Part shown: positions 1 through 10,286 of the stretch, piece after piece | Numbering within the stretch: the first letter of the stretch is position 1 | Layout: each line of letters starts with the position of its first letter | From: an uncultured Synechococcaceae cyanobacterium | GTDB lineage: Bacteria; Cyanobacteriota; Cyanobacteriia; PCC-6307; Cyanobiaceae | Assembly: GCA_902573335.1 (NCBI GenBank) | Contig: CACGJI010000001.1 | Location: forward strand, 1-53,629 | Direction: 5' to 3' | Length of the DNA stretch: 53,629 bases | Notes under the pieces: generated by a model | The model's database searches: none | What the model was told of the DNA's origin: nothing | The model's input: only the letters and a program-made list of their open reading frames with translations | Program-made: the position numbers and the translations under genes

Positions 1-1
1 A

Positions 2-908
2 GCAAAATGTGTATTTTTAGATGGGATGACTAATAAAGAAGGCAAACCTTTACCGCTAATTATTCAAAAAAAAGATGGAGGTTTTAATTATGCCACCACA
101 GATCTTGCTGCTATAAGATACAGATTTAATAAACCTCCTAATGGCGATGATGCTTCAAGAATTATTTATGTAACTGATCATGGACAAGCAAATCATTTTG
201 CTGGAGTTTTTTCAAGTTGCAAAAAAAGCAAAATGGATCCCAGATAAGTGTCAAGTAGACCATGTCCCTTTTGGGTTAGTTCAAGGAATTGATGGCAAAA
301 AACTAAAGACAAGAGAAGGTGAAACAATACGCCTAAAAGATTTATTAAATGAAGCAGTTAGAAGAGCAAAAGAAGATTTATTGAAAAGATTAGAAGATGA
401 AGATCGTTATGAGACCGAAGAGTTTATAGCAAATACTTCAAGAATTATTGGATTAGGAGCTGTTAAGTATGCAGATTTAAGTCAAAATAGGATTACTAAT
501 TATCAATTTAGTTTTGATAAAATGCTTTCCCTTAATGGTAATACTGCTCCTTATTTGTTATATACACTTGTAAGAATTTTAGGAATTAAAAGAAAAAATG
601 ATTTTGTTTATGAATCTAAAGATTTTCAGTACGTAAATTATGAACATAAATCTGAGTGGAAACTTATCAGAAAATTACTTAGGTTCGATGAAGTCATAAT
701 TTCTATTGAAAAAGACTTAATGCCAAATAGATTATGCAATTATCTGTTCGAGCTATGTCAGACTTTTAATAGATTCTATGATCAAGTTCCAATTCTCAAA
801 GAAGAAAAAAATATAAAAATCTCTAGGCTTAATTTATGTGACCTAACTGCAAAAACACTAAAATTAAGCTTAGAGCTTTTAGGAATTGAAACTTTAGAAA
901 GAATGTAA
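2..908 (+). CDS. argS: Arginine--tRNA ligase, C-terminal part (5' truncated by window edge); 1-nt frameshift in T-run at 207-212
   Basis: ORF 26..247 has [19 protein letters not shown] and [13 protein letters not shown]; ORF 180..908 continues with the KMSKS-equivalent [27 protein letters not shown] and ends GIETLERM. The two frames join at GGAGTTTTTTCAAG. Confidence 0.95.
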
Positions 909-2017
909 TGAATGATTTTGATCCATTAAATAATCTTTTCCCAAAACCAAGAGAAGAAATAATAAATATGCAGTCTTACTCTGCACCTTTAGAAAATAGA
1001 AGAAATTTACTCCGCTTAGACTTTAATGAAAATACTTTAGGTCCAAGTCCTAAGGTTTTAGAGGCATTAAAAGCGATAAAATTAGATGAGATTTCAATTT
1101 ATCCAGAATATAATTTTTTAAAAAAATTTTTATGTGATAAATATCTTGATTCAAGAAAATTTGATAATGATGAAATCGGAATTTTCAATGGAGCAGATGC
1201 AGCAATAAATGCAATTTTCAATTGCTTTGGAGAAAAAGATCAGATATTTCTAACCACAAATCCAACTTTTGGTTACTATTCTCCTTGTGCAGAAATCCGA
1301 GGAATGAAAAAAATAAGTTGTTCTTACATTGGAGAAAATTTTCTATTCCCCATCGAAGAATTTAGGGAAAAAATAATAAAGCATAATCCAAAGTTAATAT
1401 TTATTTGCAATCCAAATAATCCAACAGGAACTGTTCTAAGCTCTCATGAAATAATTAATTTAGCCAATATCAATAACGATTCATTAATAGTTGTTGATGA
1501 ACTATATGAAAAATTTAATGGAGATAGTCTTCTTGAATCGATAGATTTTGAAAATAATAAAAATATACTAATAATCCAATCTCTTTCAAAAACTGCAGGT
1601 CTAGCTGGTTTAAGAATAGGTTTTACTTTTGGCAATAAAAGTTTAATTCAGTACATTAATAAAGTTACAGGACCATATGATGTCAACAGCTTTGCTATAA
1701 CAGCTGCATTAGCAGCACTTAAAGACAAATCATATATTGATAATTATGTTTTAGAAGTAAAAAAGGCGAGGGAATGGATTTTAAATAAATTTAAATCAAC
1801 AAAAATCAGAACTCACTTTAGTGGAGGTAATTATTTCTTAATTTGGCCAAAAAAAGATTCTAAAATCTTAATAGAACAGATGAGAGAAAAAGGTATTCTT
1901 ATTAGAAGTATGGAAAACAAAAAAGATATTGGTAATTCTATAAGGGTTAGTATTGGAACTAAAGAACAAATGATTTTTTTCTGGGACAATTACAAGATAT
2001 TAGATTTAAAAAATTAA
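908..2017 (+). CDS. hisC: Histidinol-phosphate aminotransferase-like PLP-dependent class I/II aminotransferase
   Basis: LRLDFNEN, CNPNNPTG, VDELY and the PLP-lysine motif SLSKTAGLAGLRIG; TAATG overlap with the argS stop. HisC versus CobD/CobC cannot be fully resolved. Confidence 0.75.
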   Translation: MNDFDPLNNLFPKPREEIINMQSYSAPLENRRNLLRLDFNENTLGPSPKVLEALKAIKLDEISIYPEYNFLKKFLCDKYLDSRKFDNDEIGIFNGADAAINAIFNCFGEKDQIFLTTNPTFGYYSPCAEIRGMKKISCSYIGENFLFPIEEFREKIIKHNPKLIFICNPNNPTGTVLSSHEIINLANINNDSLIVVDELYEKFNGDSLLESIDFENNKNILIIQSLSKTAGLAGLRIGFTFGNKSLIQYINKVTGPYDVNSFAITAALAALKDKSYIDNYVLEVKKAREWILNKFKSTKIRTHFSGGNYFLIWPKKDSKILIEQMREKGILIRSMENKKDIGNSIRVSIGTKEQMIFFWDNYKILDLKN

Positions 2018-2739
2018 TTACTGAAAATATAAATTGTATTTTGATCGATTCTTTTAGGTTTTATTTGAAAATCTTTTCCAACATATTTTACTTTAAAATC
2101 TTTCATATTTTCGATAAATAAATCAGCATTTGAGAAATCACATTCTTTATTAATTTTTTTGCCGCGTTCAAAGTGAACAGGAATAACTACATTAGGTTTT
2201 AGAAGCTTAACTATTTTTGAGGCTTCTTTACCATTGTAAGATTTTATTCCTCCTCCAATTGAAATAAACAATATATCTGGACTAGACAAAATAATTTGAC
2301 TGTTTATATCAATATCACCAGCAGCTCCTCCCATATGAACAATTTTAAGATCATTCTGCTCCCAACTCCAAACAGTTGCCATCCCAAATCTTCTTCCATC
2401 TACTCTGTCATGTGGTACAGAAATTCCATTTAATAAAATATCCTCAAATTGATAGATTCCTGGCTCAATGAACATTAATTGATCATTAGGGTTATATCCT
2501 TCATCTGGAAGCCTAGAACTAGCCAAAATAAAATCTACGTTGACTTCTTTTGGCTCCTTTAAATTACTTGCACAACCTATTGCTTTAAAGGGATTTATAA
2601 GAATAGATTTATCTGCACTAGTAATTAAAAAACTACTATGTCCCAAACTTTTTATTCCTAAGTTCCTTGCCAATAATGAGGTAGGTAAAAAAGAGCTAAC
2701 TAATATCAAAAATAAAAAGTTTTTAATTTGAGAAATCAT
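2014..2739 (-). CDS. MBL-fold metallo-hydrolase-like protein with N-terminal signal/TM segment
   Basis: LGHSSFLI, ILINPF, PHD, HMGG and VIPVHF match the beta-lactamase-fold layout; hydrophobic N-terminus. Confidence 0.75.
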   Translation of the reverse strand: MISQIKNFLFLILVSSFLPTSLLARNLGIKSLGHSSFLITSADKSILINPFKAIGCASNLKEPKEVNVDFILASSRLPDEGYNPNDQLMFIEPGIYQFEDILLNGISVPHDRVDGRRFGMATVWSWEQNDLKIVHMGGAAGDIDINSQIILSSPDILFISIGGGIKSYNGKEASKIVKLLKPNVVIPVHFERGKKINKECDFSNADLFIENMKDFKVKYVGKDFQIKPKRIDQNTIYIFSN

Positions 2740-2759
2740 AATATTAATTTTTTTTTATT

Positions 2760-3356
2760 TTACTTTTGTTTAGCCATTTTTAGAAAATTACTAATTAATT
2801 TATGACCAAATTGCGTCAACACACTTTCAGGATGGAACTGTACCCCATGTAAATGTTTATATTCTTTATGAGAGATAGCCATAATTGTTGAGTCTTCTAA
2901 AGTCGCAGTTATGTCGAAACAAGTTGGTAAAGAAGTTGAATCAACTATAAGACTATGGTATCTAGTAGCCACAAATGGAGTCTCGATATCTTTAAACAAT
3001 CCTTTTTGATTATGAAATATTTTGGATGTCTTACCATGCATAAGTTCTTTCCCAACTATAACCTTACCTCCAAAAGCTTGGGCCAAAGCTTGATGGCCTA
3101 AACAAACTCCCAAGGTCGGAATATTTTTAGATAATTTTTTTAGAATTGGCAGACAAATTCCAGATTGATCTGGATTACCTGGACCTGGAGATAAGAGAAT
3201 TCCACCAGGATTTAGTTTGATAATTTCTTCTAGAGTAATTTCATCATTTCTTTTAACTATTAATTCTTTAGTTATTTCATGCTCAACTGAAAGTTCTCCT
3301 AAATATTGAACAAGGTTATAAGTAAAACTATCGTAATTATCAATAACAAGAAACAT
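2760..3356 (-). CDS. pabA: Anthranilate/aminodeoxychorismate synthase glutamine amidotransferase component II (TrpG/PabA)
   Basis: IDNYDSFTYNL, SPGPG, GVCLGHQ and VQFHPES class I GATase motifs. Confidence 0.92.
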   Translation of the reverse strand: MFLVIDNYDSFTYNLVQYLGELSVEHEITKELIVKRNDEITLEEIIKLNPGGILLSPGPGNPDQSGICLPILKKLSKNIPTLGVCLGHQALAQAFGGKVIVGKELMHGKTSKIFHNQKGLFKDIETPFVATRYHSLIVDSTSLPTCFDITATLEDSTIMAISHKEYKHLHGVQFHPESVLTQFGHKLISNFLKMAKQK

Positions 3357-3368
3357 ATTTATATGGAT

Positions 3369-3779
3369 TTAAAATAACAACTTTATTTTAGGAACAAAGA
3401 TATATACAGCAATAATAACAGAATTAATGGAAGCTAATAATACTGCTCCTGCAGAAGTATCTTTTGAAATTTTAGCCAAAATACTAAATTCTTTTTTCAC
3501 TACTAAATCAACGATTGATTCAATAGATGTATTCAATATTTCTAATATTAAAACAGACATTATTGTTGCAATCAAAATAACATAATTACTTATACTAATT
3601 TTGAGTAAAAAACCAATTATTAAACTTGTAACTGCAAAAATTAATTGAATTTTAAAATTTCTTGAAGTTTTTAATACATAACTAATACCACTGAAAGCAT
3701 ACTTAAAACTTATAAATAAATTACTAGAAGTTTTGTATGAATCTTTTCTATTTTCTAGATAGTTTATTTTTTTTTCCAT
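3369..3779 (-). CDS. dgkA: Diacylglycerol/undecaprenol kinase family membrane protein
   Basis: SFKYAFSGI, EILNTSIESIVDL and AKISKDTSAGAVL; three TM segments; follows ybeY. Confidence 0.9.
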   Translation of the reverse strand: MEKKINYLENRKDSYKTSSNLFISFKYAFSGISYVLKTSRNFKIQLIFAVTSLIIGFLLKISISNYVILIATIMSVLILEILNTSIESIVDLVVKKEFSILAKISKDTSAGAVLLASINSVIIAVYIFVPKIKLLF

Positions 3780-3785
3780 TGATTT

Positions 3786-4325
3786 TTAATCTAATCGAGT
3801 AATTAAATATTCTTGGAAATTTAACATATTTTCTAAATCATGCTCATTATTATGTTCCCATCCCAAAAGATGTAAAAATCCATGACTAGCCAACCAGATC
3901 ATCTCTTTATAGATTGAATGTTTATATTCATAAGATTGATCAAGTGCCATCTCTAATGATATAAAAATATCTCCCAACTCTATATGATCTAAATTATTTA
4001 GAGATTCATCAGAAATAATTGGAAAAGATAAAACATCAGTTGGACCATTTTTTTGCAACCATTTCTTATTCAAAGAAGCAATTTCTTGATTAGATATTAT
4101 CTGTAAGCCTAATGAAAAAGATTTTTTTTCAAAAATATAATATGGTAATTTATAATCCTCTTTTTTTAATATAGTATTTATCCAAGATAAAAAAACTTTC
4201 TCCCAAAAAATAGATTCAAAAATAAGATGAGTTTTACTATCTTTTAACTTATTTGAAAATTGAGAGAAATCATTACATTGAAAAACCAAATCTAAATTTA
4301 TTTCAGAAATAATTTTTTCATTCAT
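3786..4325 (-). CDS. ybeY: rRNA maturation endoribonuclease YbeY
   Basis: [15 protein letters not shown] and the [11 protein letters not shown] metal motif. Confidence 0.95.
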   Translation of the reverse strand: MNEKIISEINLDLVFQCNDFSQFSNKLKDSKTHLIFESIFWEKVFLSWINTILKKEDYKLPYYIFEKKSFSLGLQIISNQEIASLNKKWLQKNGPTDVLSFPIISDESLNNLDHIELGDIFISLEMALDQSYEYKHSIYKEMIWLASHGFLHLLGWEHNNEHDLENMLNFQEYLITRLD

Positions 4326-4331
4326 AAATTC

Positions 4332-4514
4332 TTAAACTGGAATATTGGGCTTACCTATTGTGGCCACAAGTATTAATATCCCAATTAAAACTAGAAAGGT
4401 TATTGAAAAATGAGAAATACTTTTTGAGCCTTTCCTTACCATATTTCTCATAGCAAGCTTTATAAAGCTTGGAGGAGAAACTTTTTTTTCTAAAATTTCG
4501 TTTTTATTTTCCAT
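4332..4514 (-). CDS. Small cyanobacterial membrane protein (DUF3285-like)
   Basis: PSFIKLAMRNMVRKG motif followed by a single C-terminal TM helix; lies between prfB and ybeY. Confidence 0.75.
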   Translation of the reverse strand: MENKNEILEKKVSPPSFIKLAMRNMVRKGSKSISHFSITFLVLIGILILVATIGKPNIPV

Positions 4515-4517
4515 TAG

Positions 4518-5640
4518 TTATTCAATAGATTCATCAGAAGAAATATTCATACGTAATAATTCATGAATAAATGGTTCAAGTCCACCATCTAAAACACTAT
4601 CTAACTCGTTAGTCTCCTGCATAGTCCTAAGATCTTTTACCATTTGATAGGGATGGAAAACATAATTTCTTATTTGATTGCCCCATGCAGCTTCCACAAT
4701 ATCACCTTTTATATCAGCGACTTCAGCAGCTCGTTGTTCTTTAGCAATCACTAATAGTTTAGACTTTAAAAGTAACATAGCTTTTTCTTTATTTTGTAAT
4801 TGAGATCTTTCTTGAGTACATCTTACTGAAATCCCTGTAGGCAAATGAACAATTCTCACTGCTGTTTCTACTTTATTAACATTTTGTCCTCCAGCTCCAC
4901 CGGATCTACTCGTTGTAATTTCTAAATCTTTTTCAGGTATATCAAGTGAAATATTATCATCTAATTTTGGCATAACCTCTACCCCAGCAAAGCTGGTTTG
5001 TCTTTTGCCATTGGCATTAAAAGGAGAAATTCTTACTAATCTATGAGTTCCTTTTTCATGTTGCAGATAGCCATATGCATATTTTCCAACAATTTCGAAC
5101 GTTACACTTTTAATACCTGCTTCTTCTCCTTGAGATAATTCATTAATAACAAGGCTCATTTGATTATTATCGGCCCATCTTGAGTACATTCTTAATAATA
5201 TCTCTACCCAATCCTGCGCATCTGTTCCACCCGCACCTGCGTTAATAGAAACTACTGCTCCTTCATTATCGTATTCACCACATAACAATCTTTCAAATTC
5301 CCATTTATCCAAATTCTCTCTTAATTTCTTTAATCCCAGCTGCGATTCTAAAATCATTTCCTCTTCGGGTTCTAGAGAATAAAGCTCAAGAGAGGCATTA
5401 GCATCAGAAATAAAAGTTTTCCATTTATCTAACAATTCGAGTTGTGCTTTGACATCATCAAGGATTAACATTTGATTTTTAGCTTCTTCTTGATTTTCCC
5501 AAAATTCAGGCTGAGCAGAAATTTGCTCTAACTCTTTCCTTTTCGCTTTTAATCTTGGAACGTCAAAGACAATCCTGAGCATTACCCAGGCGCTCTGTTA
5601 GTTCCGAAAGATCTTTTTTGAAATCTGTAATATCTATCAA
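4518..5640 (-). CDS. prfB: Peptide chain release factor 2, expressed through a programmed +1 frameshift (~373 aa)
   Basis: TTG start at 5640 gives [25 protein letters not shown], then CTT TGA C. The +1 frame continues DVPRLKAKR into the ORF with the SPF and GGQ motifs. Confidence 0.97.
5562..5576 (-). other. prfB +1 frameshift signal (AGGA TTGT CTT TGA C)
   Basis: Minus strand reads CAG GAT TGT CTT TGA C. The slippery CTT-TGA-C is at 5568-5562 with an SD-like AGGA just upstream. Confidence 0.93.
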
Positions 5641-5716
5641 AATAGAATTTAATCGTTATTTATAATCTAACAAGCACTTTTGTTTAATAGTATAAACTAA
5701 GTATTATTTTAAAAAA

Positions 5717-5971
5717 ATGTCCAAAGTTGAAATTTATACTTGGGAATATTGCCCATTCTGTATTCGAGCAAAATCACTACTCAAGAAAAAAAATGTAAAT
5801 TTTACAGAATATAAAATAGATGGCGACGAAGATGCCAGAGCATTGATGATTGAAAGAGCTGATGGTAGAAGAACATTACCACAAATATTTATAGATAATG
5901 AGGGTATCGGAGGCTGCGATGATCTCTATGCATTAGAAAATGAAAATAAATTAGAAGCATTATTAAACTAG
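5717..5971 (+). CDS. grxC: Glutaredoxin 3
   Basis: CPFC active site, TLPQIFI and GGCDDL. Confidence 0.95.
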   Translation: MSKVEIYTWEYCPFCIRAKSLLKKKNVNFTEYKIDGDEDARALMIERADGRRTLPQIFIDNEGIGGCDDLYALENENKLEALLN

Positions 5972-5976
5972 ATCTT

Positions 5977-6900
5977 ATGAAATTTCTATTCGTAATAGAT
6001 CCAATTAAAAATATAAATCCCTTAAAAGATTCAACTGCTGCTTTAATGCAAGCATCATCAAAAAAAAATATTGAAATCTGGAGTTGTACTCCTCAAGACC
6101 TGGAAGCTAGAGGTGATGAAGTATGGGCATCTTCCATAAAAGTTGAAGTAATTCCGTGGATTTCTTTCAAAGAGAATGATTGCATACCTCTCGCCGAATT
6201 TAATTGCATTTGGATGAGAAAAGATCCTCCTGTAAATGAGGCTTATTTATATGCAACCCATCTTTTAGAAGTTGCCGAAAGAAAAGGAGTAAAAGTAATT
6301 AACAAACCCTCATCATTAAGAGCGTGGAATGAAAAGCTAGGTGCTTTAAGATACAGCCACTTAATGGCACCTACAATAGTTGCGAGTAAGGTAAAAGATC
6401 TTATTAATTTTGCAAATATAAATAATGAAGTAGTCATAAAACCTCTTGGAGGAAAAGGTGGTCAAGGTGTTATAAGGATAAATAAAAATTCTCCAGGAAT
6501 TAAATCAATCATTGAATTAATCACTTCTCAAGAAGAATTACCAGTTATGATGCAAAAATTTATTCCTGAAGTCATAGAGGGTGATAAAAGAATAATTATC
6601 GTAAACGGAGAAGCAATTGGATCAATAAATAGGATTCCTCAAGGAGGCGATTTTAGGAGTAATTTAGCGATGGGAGGCAAGGCTGAACCTACATTATTAA
6701 CAGAAAAAGAAAAAAGTATCTGCTCAGAATTATCTCAACACTTCAAAGATGAGGGTTTATTTTTTGTAGGTATTGATGTAATAAATGGAATGCTTAGCGA
6801 GATTAATGTAACCAGTCCAACAGGTTTAAGAGAAATAGAAAATTTATCCAATAAAAATGTTTCAGAGGAAGTTATTGAAAAATTAGTAGAAATTATCTAG
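5977..6900 (+). CDS. gshB: Glutathione synthetase
   Basis: [29 protein letters not shown] and [12 protein letters not shown]-grasp motifs. Confidence 0.97.
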   Translation: MKFLFVIDPIKNINPLKDSTAALMQASSKKNIEIWSCTPQDLEARGDEVWASSIKVEVIPWISFKENDCIPLAEFNCIWMRKDPPVNEAYLYATHLLEVAERKGVKVINKPSSLRAWNEKLGALRYSHLMAPTIVASKVKDLINFANINNEVVIKPLGGKGGQGVIRINKNSPGIKSIIELITSQEELPVMMQKFIPEVIEGDKRIIIVNGEAIGSINRIPQGGDFRSNLAMGGKAEPTLLTEKEKSICSELSQHFKDEGLFFVGIDVINGMLSEINVTSPTGLREIENLSNKNVSEEVIEKLVEII

Positions 6901-8305
6901 GATTTTTAGCGCAAAATATCTGTTTTACAATAGATTCAAATTTTAATTTAATCTCATCTATTTCTTTCTCTAAAACGGAGCCAGAAACTATACCTGAACC
7001 TGCAGTAAATTCAATATTTTCTTCAATACATCTTGCGCCTCTTATTGCCAAAAGAAATGAAGCATTGCCTGATGAATCAACCCAACCCATTGGAGAAGCA
7101 TAATTTCCTCTAGGAAAAGACTCAAGAGTGTTTATCCAATCCAATGCTGCATTTTTGGGGTATCCACAAACAGCTGGAGATGGATGTAAGTTTTTTAGCA
7201 ATTCAAAAGGACAAATATTTTCAACTTTAGAGAAAATGAGTGTTTGCAAATGAGAAATATCTCCAAATGAATTTACCTTGATATCACTTTTTTTAAAGTT
7301 TGTTATTTTTGAAACTTCTAAAGATTTAATCAAATGTTGTATTACATAATTATGTTCCTTTAAGTCTTTAGTACTTTTTAGGAGTTTCTTAAAATTTGAA
7401 TTAGTAGAGATAGTTCCAGCAAGAGCCTCTAAAGTTAAATTAGGTTTAGAGAAAGAAAATAATTTTTCTGGAGATGCTCCAAACAACATATCCTTACTAT
7501 TCCTTTTCCAAACGTATCTACATGTATTTGGTTGCTTCTTTTTAAATCTTTTTAAAATTTCTACTAAATCTAATTTATTTTTAAGTTTTATTTTAATCCT
7601 ATTCGCTAAAACTATCTTTTCGAGGATATCTTTTTCTACTAATTGAATTCCTCTATTTACTACTTTTTTCATGTTTGTTTTAGAAGTTTCTAAGGAGCGT
7701 GAGAAGTCATCAATAAAAGGGGAATCAAAACTAGTTTTTAAGCCAGATGATTTTATTAATTCTGAGCCAGAATTAATAACTTGATTTCTAATTGTCCATA
7801 TTTCTTCAATTAATGTTCTTAATGATGATTTACCTTCAACATGACCATTGATTCTTAACGAGCAATTCTTGCCACTTTTAGTAATTAATATTTTTGGCAA
7901 AATGGCTTCCAAACTAGGGATATCTGAAGGTAAATTCTTATTATTCGAATTTTCAGAGAAAGAAAATAAATAAATTATTTTTGAAAGTGCAGAATTATGT
8001 GATTCATTAGTTAAGTTAATTAAATTTTTAAAATTCTCAGAATTAAACTCTTTTGCTACCTCAAATCTTTTTGGGCCATCCAGAGTAACATATTTACACT
8101 TCTCGAAAGCTATATATGAAATGCCATCAGATTCCTCCCAAAATGAAGAAAACGGATATTGATTTATTAACAATTCATAAACTTGAAATAAATCAATACA
8201 AGGAATCTCAACACAAATACTTACTAATCCAGAATTTTCAACTTTCTTATCGAAAGAGGAAAATACATCTTTTAAAAAATCTGTTAAGTTTAAATCATTT
8301 TTCAT
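6893..8305 (-). CDS. menF: Isochorismate synthase
   Basis: [42 protein letters not shown] and GSGIV..S....E..EI..K chorismate-binding motifs; divergent from menA. Confidence 0.9.
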   Translation of the reverse strand: MKNDLNLTDFLKDVFSSFDKKVENSGLVSICVEIPCIDLFQVYELLINQYPFSSFWEESDGISYIAFEKCKYVTLDGPKRFEVAKEFNSENFKNLINLTNESHNSALSKIIYLFSFSENSNNKNLPSDIPSLEAILPKILITKSGKNCSLRINGHVEGKSSLRTLIEEIWTIRNQVINSGSELIKSSGLKTSFDSPFIDDFSRSLETSKTNMKKVVNRGIQLVEKDILEKIVLANRIKIKLKNKLDLVEILKRFKKKQPNTCRYVWKRNSKDMLFGASPEKLFSFSKPNLTLEALAGTISTNSNFKKLLKSTKDLKEHNYVIQHLIKSLEVSKITNFKKSDIKVNSFGDISHLQTLIFSKVENICPFELLKNLHPSPAVCGYPKNAALDWINTLESFPRGNYASPMGWVDSSGNASFLLAIRGARCIEENIEFTAGSGIVSGSVLEKEIDEIKLKFESIVKQIFCAKNPR

Positions 8306-8406
8306 TACTTATTGAAAATAACTAAAAATGATGCAATAAAGTAAAAAATGTAACTCAATTTATAAACTACATTCAATAATTATCTAATTTTGCATGTTAA
8401 TTAAAA

Positions 8407-9324
8407 ATGGACGAAGATAAAAAAAAATTATGGAAAAAAGCAATAAAATGGCCTCTTTATTCTGTTGCCATACTTCCAGTTTTAATAACAGGGGCTTACT
8501 TGCTCAATCAATATGAAGAGGTAAAAATTTATAATTTGATTTCATTTACTTTAGCTGCAATTTTGATATTACTTTGGGAAAATCTAACTAATGATTTATT
8601 CGACGCAGAAACAGGAATCGATGAATTTAAATTCCATTCAATTGCAAATCTTGTAAAAAATAAAAAAATAATTTCATTTATTGCATATACATCTTTAGTT
8701 ATTGGTTTATTAATAATTTTAATTATTTCAGTATCAACAAGTATAAACATTTTTATTTTGGTGGCAGCTTGCTGCTTCTTAGGATATTTATATCAAGGTC
8801 CTCCTTTTAGATTGGGCTATCAAGGTTTAGGAGAACCATTATGCTGGCTTGCATTTGGACCTTTTGCGTACTCTGCAGTCTTAATTGCGTTAAATCCGTC
8901 TAATATTTACTTAGAAGATATTCCATGGAAAGTTTCTTTATTACTTGGTTCAGGACCTTCCTTGGCAACAACTCTTGTATTATTTTGTTCTCATTTTCAT
9001 CAAATTTCTGAAGATAAAAAGCATGGGAAAAATTCACCTTTAGTTCGCTTAGGGGCAAAAAAAGGTTCTCAATTTGTGCCTTGGATAATTTTTACAATAT
9101 ATATTTTTCAACTTTTCACAATAGTTTATGGATTTATTCCAGTGTTTTGCTTCCTTTATTTGCTTAGTTTCCCTCAAGCAATAAGACTTATAAATTTATT
9201 AAAATCTTCGTATGCAAAACCTTCTGCAATAAAAAATTGCAAATTCGTCGCAATAAAATTTCAAACTCTTAATGGAATTGGTTTAATCACAGGATTAATA
9301 TTTAATTACTTGCTAAATAAATGA
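8407..9324 (+). CDS. menA: 1,4-dihydroxy-2-naphthoate phytyltransferase (UbiA family)
   Basis: AIKWPLYSVA, NLTNDLFDAETGID, YQGPPFRLGYQGLGE and EDKKHGKNSP; multi-TM. Confidence 0.93.
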   Translation: MDEDKKKLWKKAIKWPLYSVAILPVLITGAYLLNQYEEVKIYNLISFTLAAILILLWENLTNDLFDAETGIDEFKFHSIANLVKNKKIISFIAYTSLVIGLLIILIISVSTSINIFILVAACCFLGYLYQGPPFRLGYQGLGEPLCWLAFGPFAYSAVLIALNPSNIYLEDIPWKVSLLLGSGPSLATTLVLFCSHFHQISEDKKHGKNSPLVRLGAKKGSQFVPWIIFTIYIFQLFTIVYGFIPVFCFLYLLSFPQAIRLINLLKSSYAKPSAIKNCKFVAIKFQTLNGIGLITGLIFNYLLNK

Positions 9325-10286
9325 ACTTAATATTTCAAAAAAAATGTTATAGCTTTAAGTTATCGGCCAAAGTAGAAAATTCTAAAACCAATTACCATAC
9401 AAAATCGGGTTGGATAATTAAATTAATAAGTAATGATAAAAAAATAGGGTTTGGAGAAGTTTCACCGCTACATAAAAAAGACTTAAAAAAGTGTGCGAAA
9501 CAACTAGATATGATCCCTGAGTATATAGATGAATTTAATTTATCTGAGCAAATAAATATTTTTCACCCATGCATTCAATCTGCAATAAATTCTGCATTAG
9601 CTGAGATCAATGGAAAAATAATTTTTAAAGAAAACTACTACTTTGATGAAATGGGTAAAACAGCCATATTGTTAAATCATGAAAATGTAGTTTCAGATCT
9701 AAATGATATTAAAAAAAGACATTGTGATATTGGAAAATCATTAACCTTAAAATGGAAAGTAGCACTAAAAAATAACCATGAGGAAGAAGCAAAATTAGAA
9801 GAAATTTTAAGCAAAATAGATAATAATATTAAGTTAAGAATAGATGCTAATGGTTCTTGGGGAAGAGACATAGCTAATAGATGGGCTGATATTTTGAAAG
9901 ATAATAAAAATATAGATTGGTTAGAACAACCTCTCTGTGTTGATGATATTGATGGACTGACAGAACTAAACAAAAAAATTCCAATAGCTTTAGACGAATC
10001 ACTTTTAAAATTTCCAACTTTGATTGATGAGTGGAAGGGTTGGCAAATTAGAAGGCCTTCTCAAGAAAATAATCCAGTTAAGCTTTTAAGAGAATTAGAA
10101 AATAAAAAAGCTTTAATATCTATAAGTACCTCATTTGAAACTGGAATAGGAAAGAGATGGCTCCATCATTTATCTTCTCTACAATTACAAGGACCAACAC
10201 CAAAAGTTCCTGGTTTAGCAATGAATAAATTCCCTAATTCGTTTCTATTTTTAAATGAAGCAAAAAAGATATGGGATCAACTATGA
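9321..10286 (+). CDS. menC: o-succinylbenzoate synthase (enolase superfamily)
   Basis: GFGEVSP, LKWKV, RIDAN, LEQP and LDES; ATAA/ATG overlap with the menA stop. Confidence 0.88.
   Translation: MNLIFQKKCYSFKLSAKVENSKTNYHTKSGWIIKLISNDKKIGFGEVSPLHKKDLKKCAKQLDMIPEYIDEFNLSEQINIFHPCIQSAINSALAEINGKIIFKENYYFDEMGKTAILLNHENVVSDLNDIKKRHCDIGKSLTLKWKVALKNNHEEEAKLEEILSKIDNNIKLRIDANGSWGRDIANRWADILKDNKNIDWLEQPLCVDDIDGLTELNKKIPIALDESLLKFPTLIDEWKGWQIRRPSQENNPVKLLRELENKKALISISTSFETGIGKRWLHHLSSLQLQGPTPKVPGLAMNKFPNSFLFLNEAKKIWDQL

Noticed and set aside
5565-5582. ATG at 5582 as the prfB start
   Set aside because: The upstream leader with CTT TGA C explains the RF2 N-terminus; MLRIVF is off-frame sequence.
8341-8363. 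Possible HLR1 or NtcA site in the menF/menA spacer
   Set aside because: TTAC half-sites are 9 bp apart rather than 10, and the NtcA-like GTA-N8-TAT has a mismatch in a key base; not distinguishable from AT-rich background.
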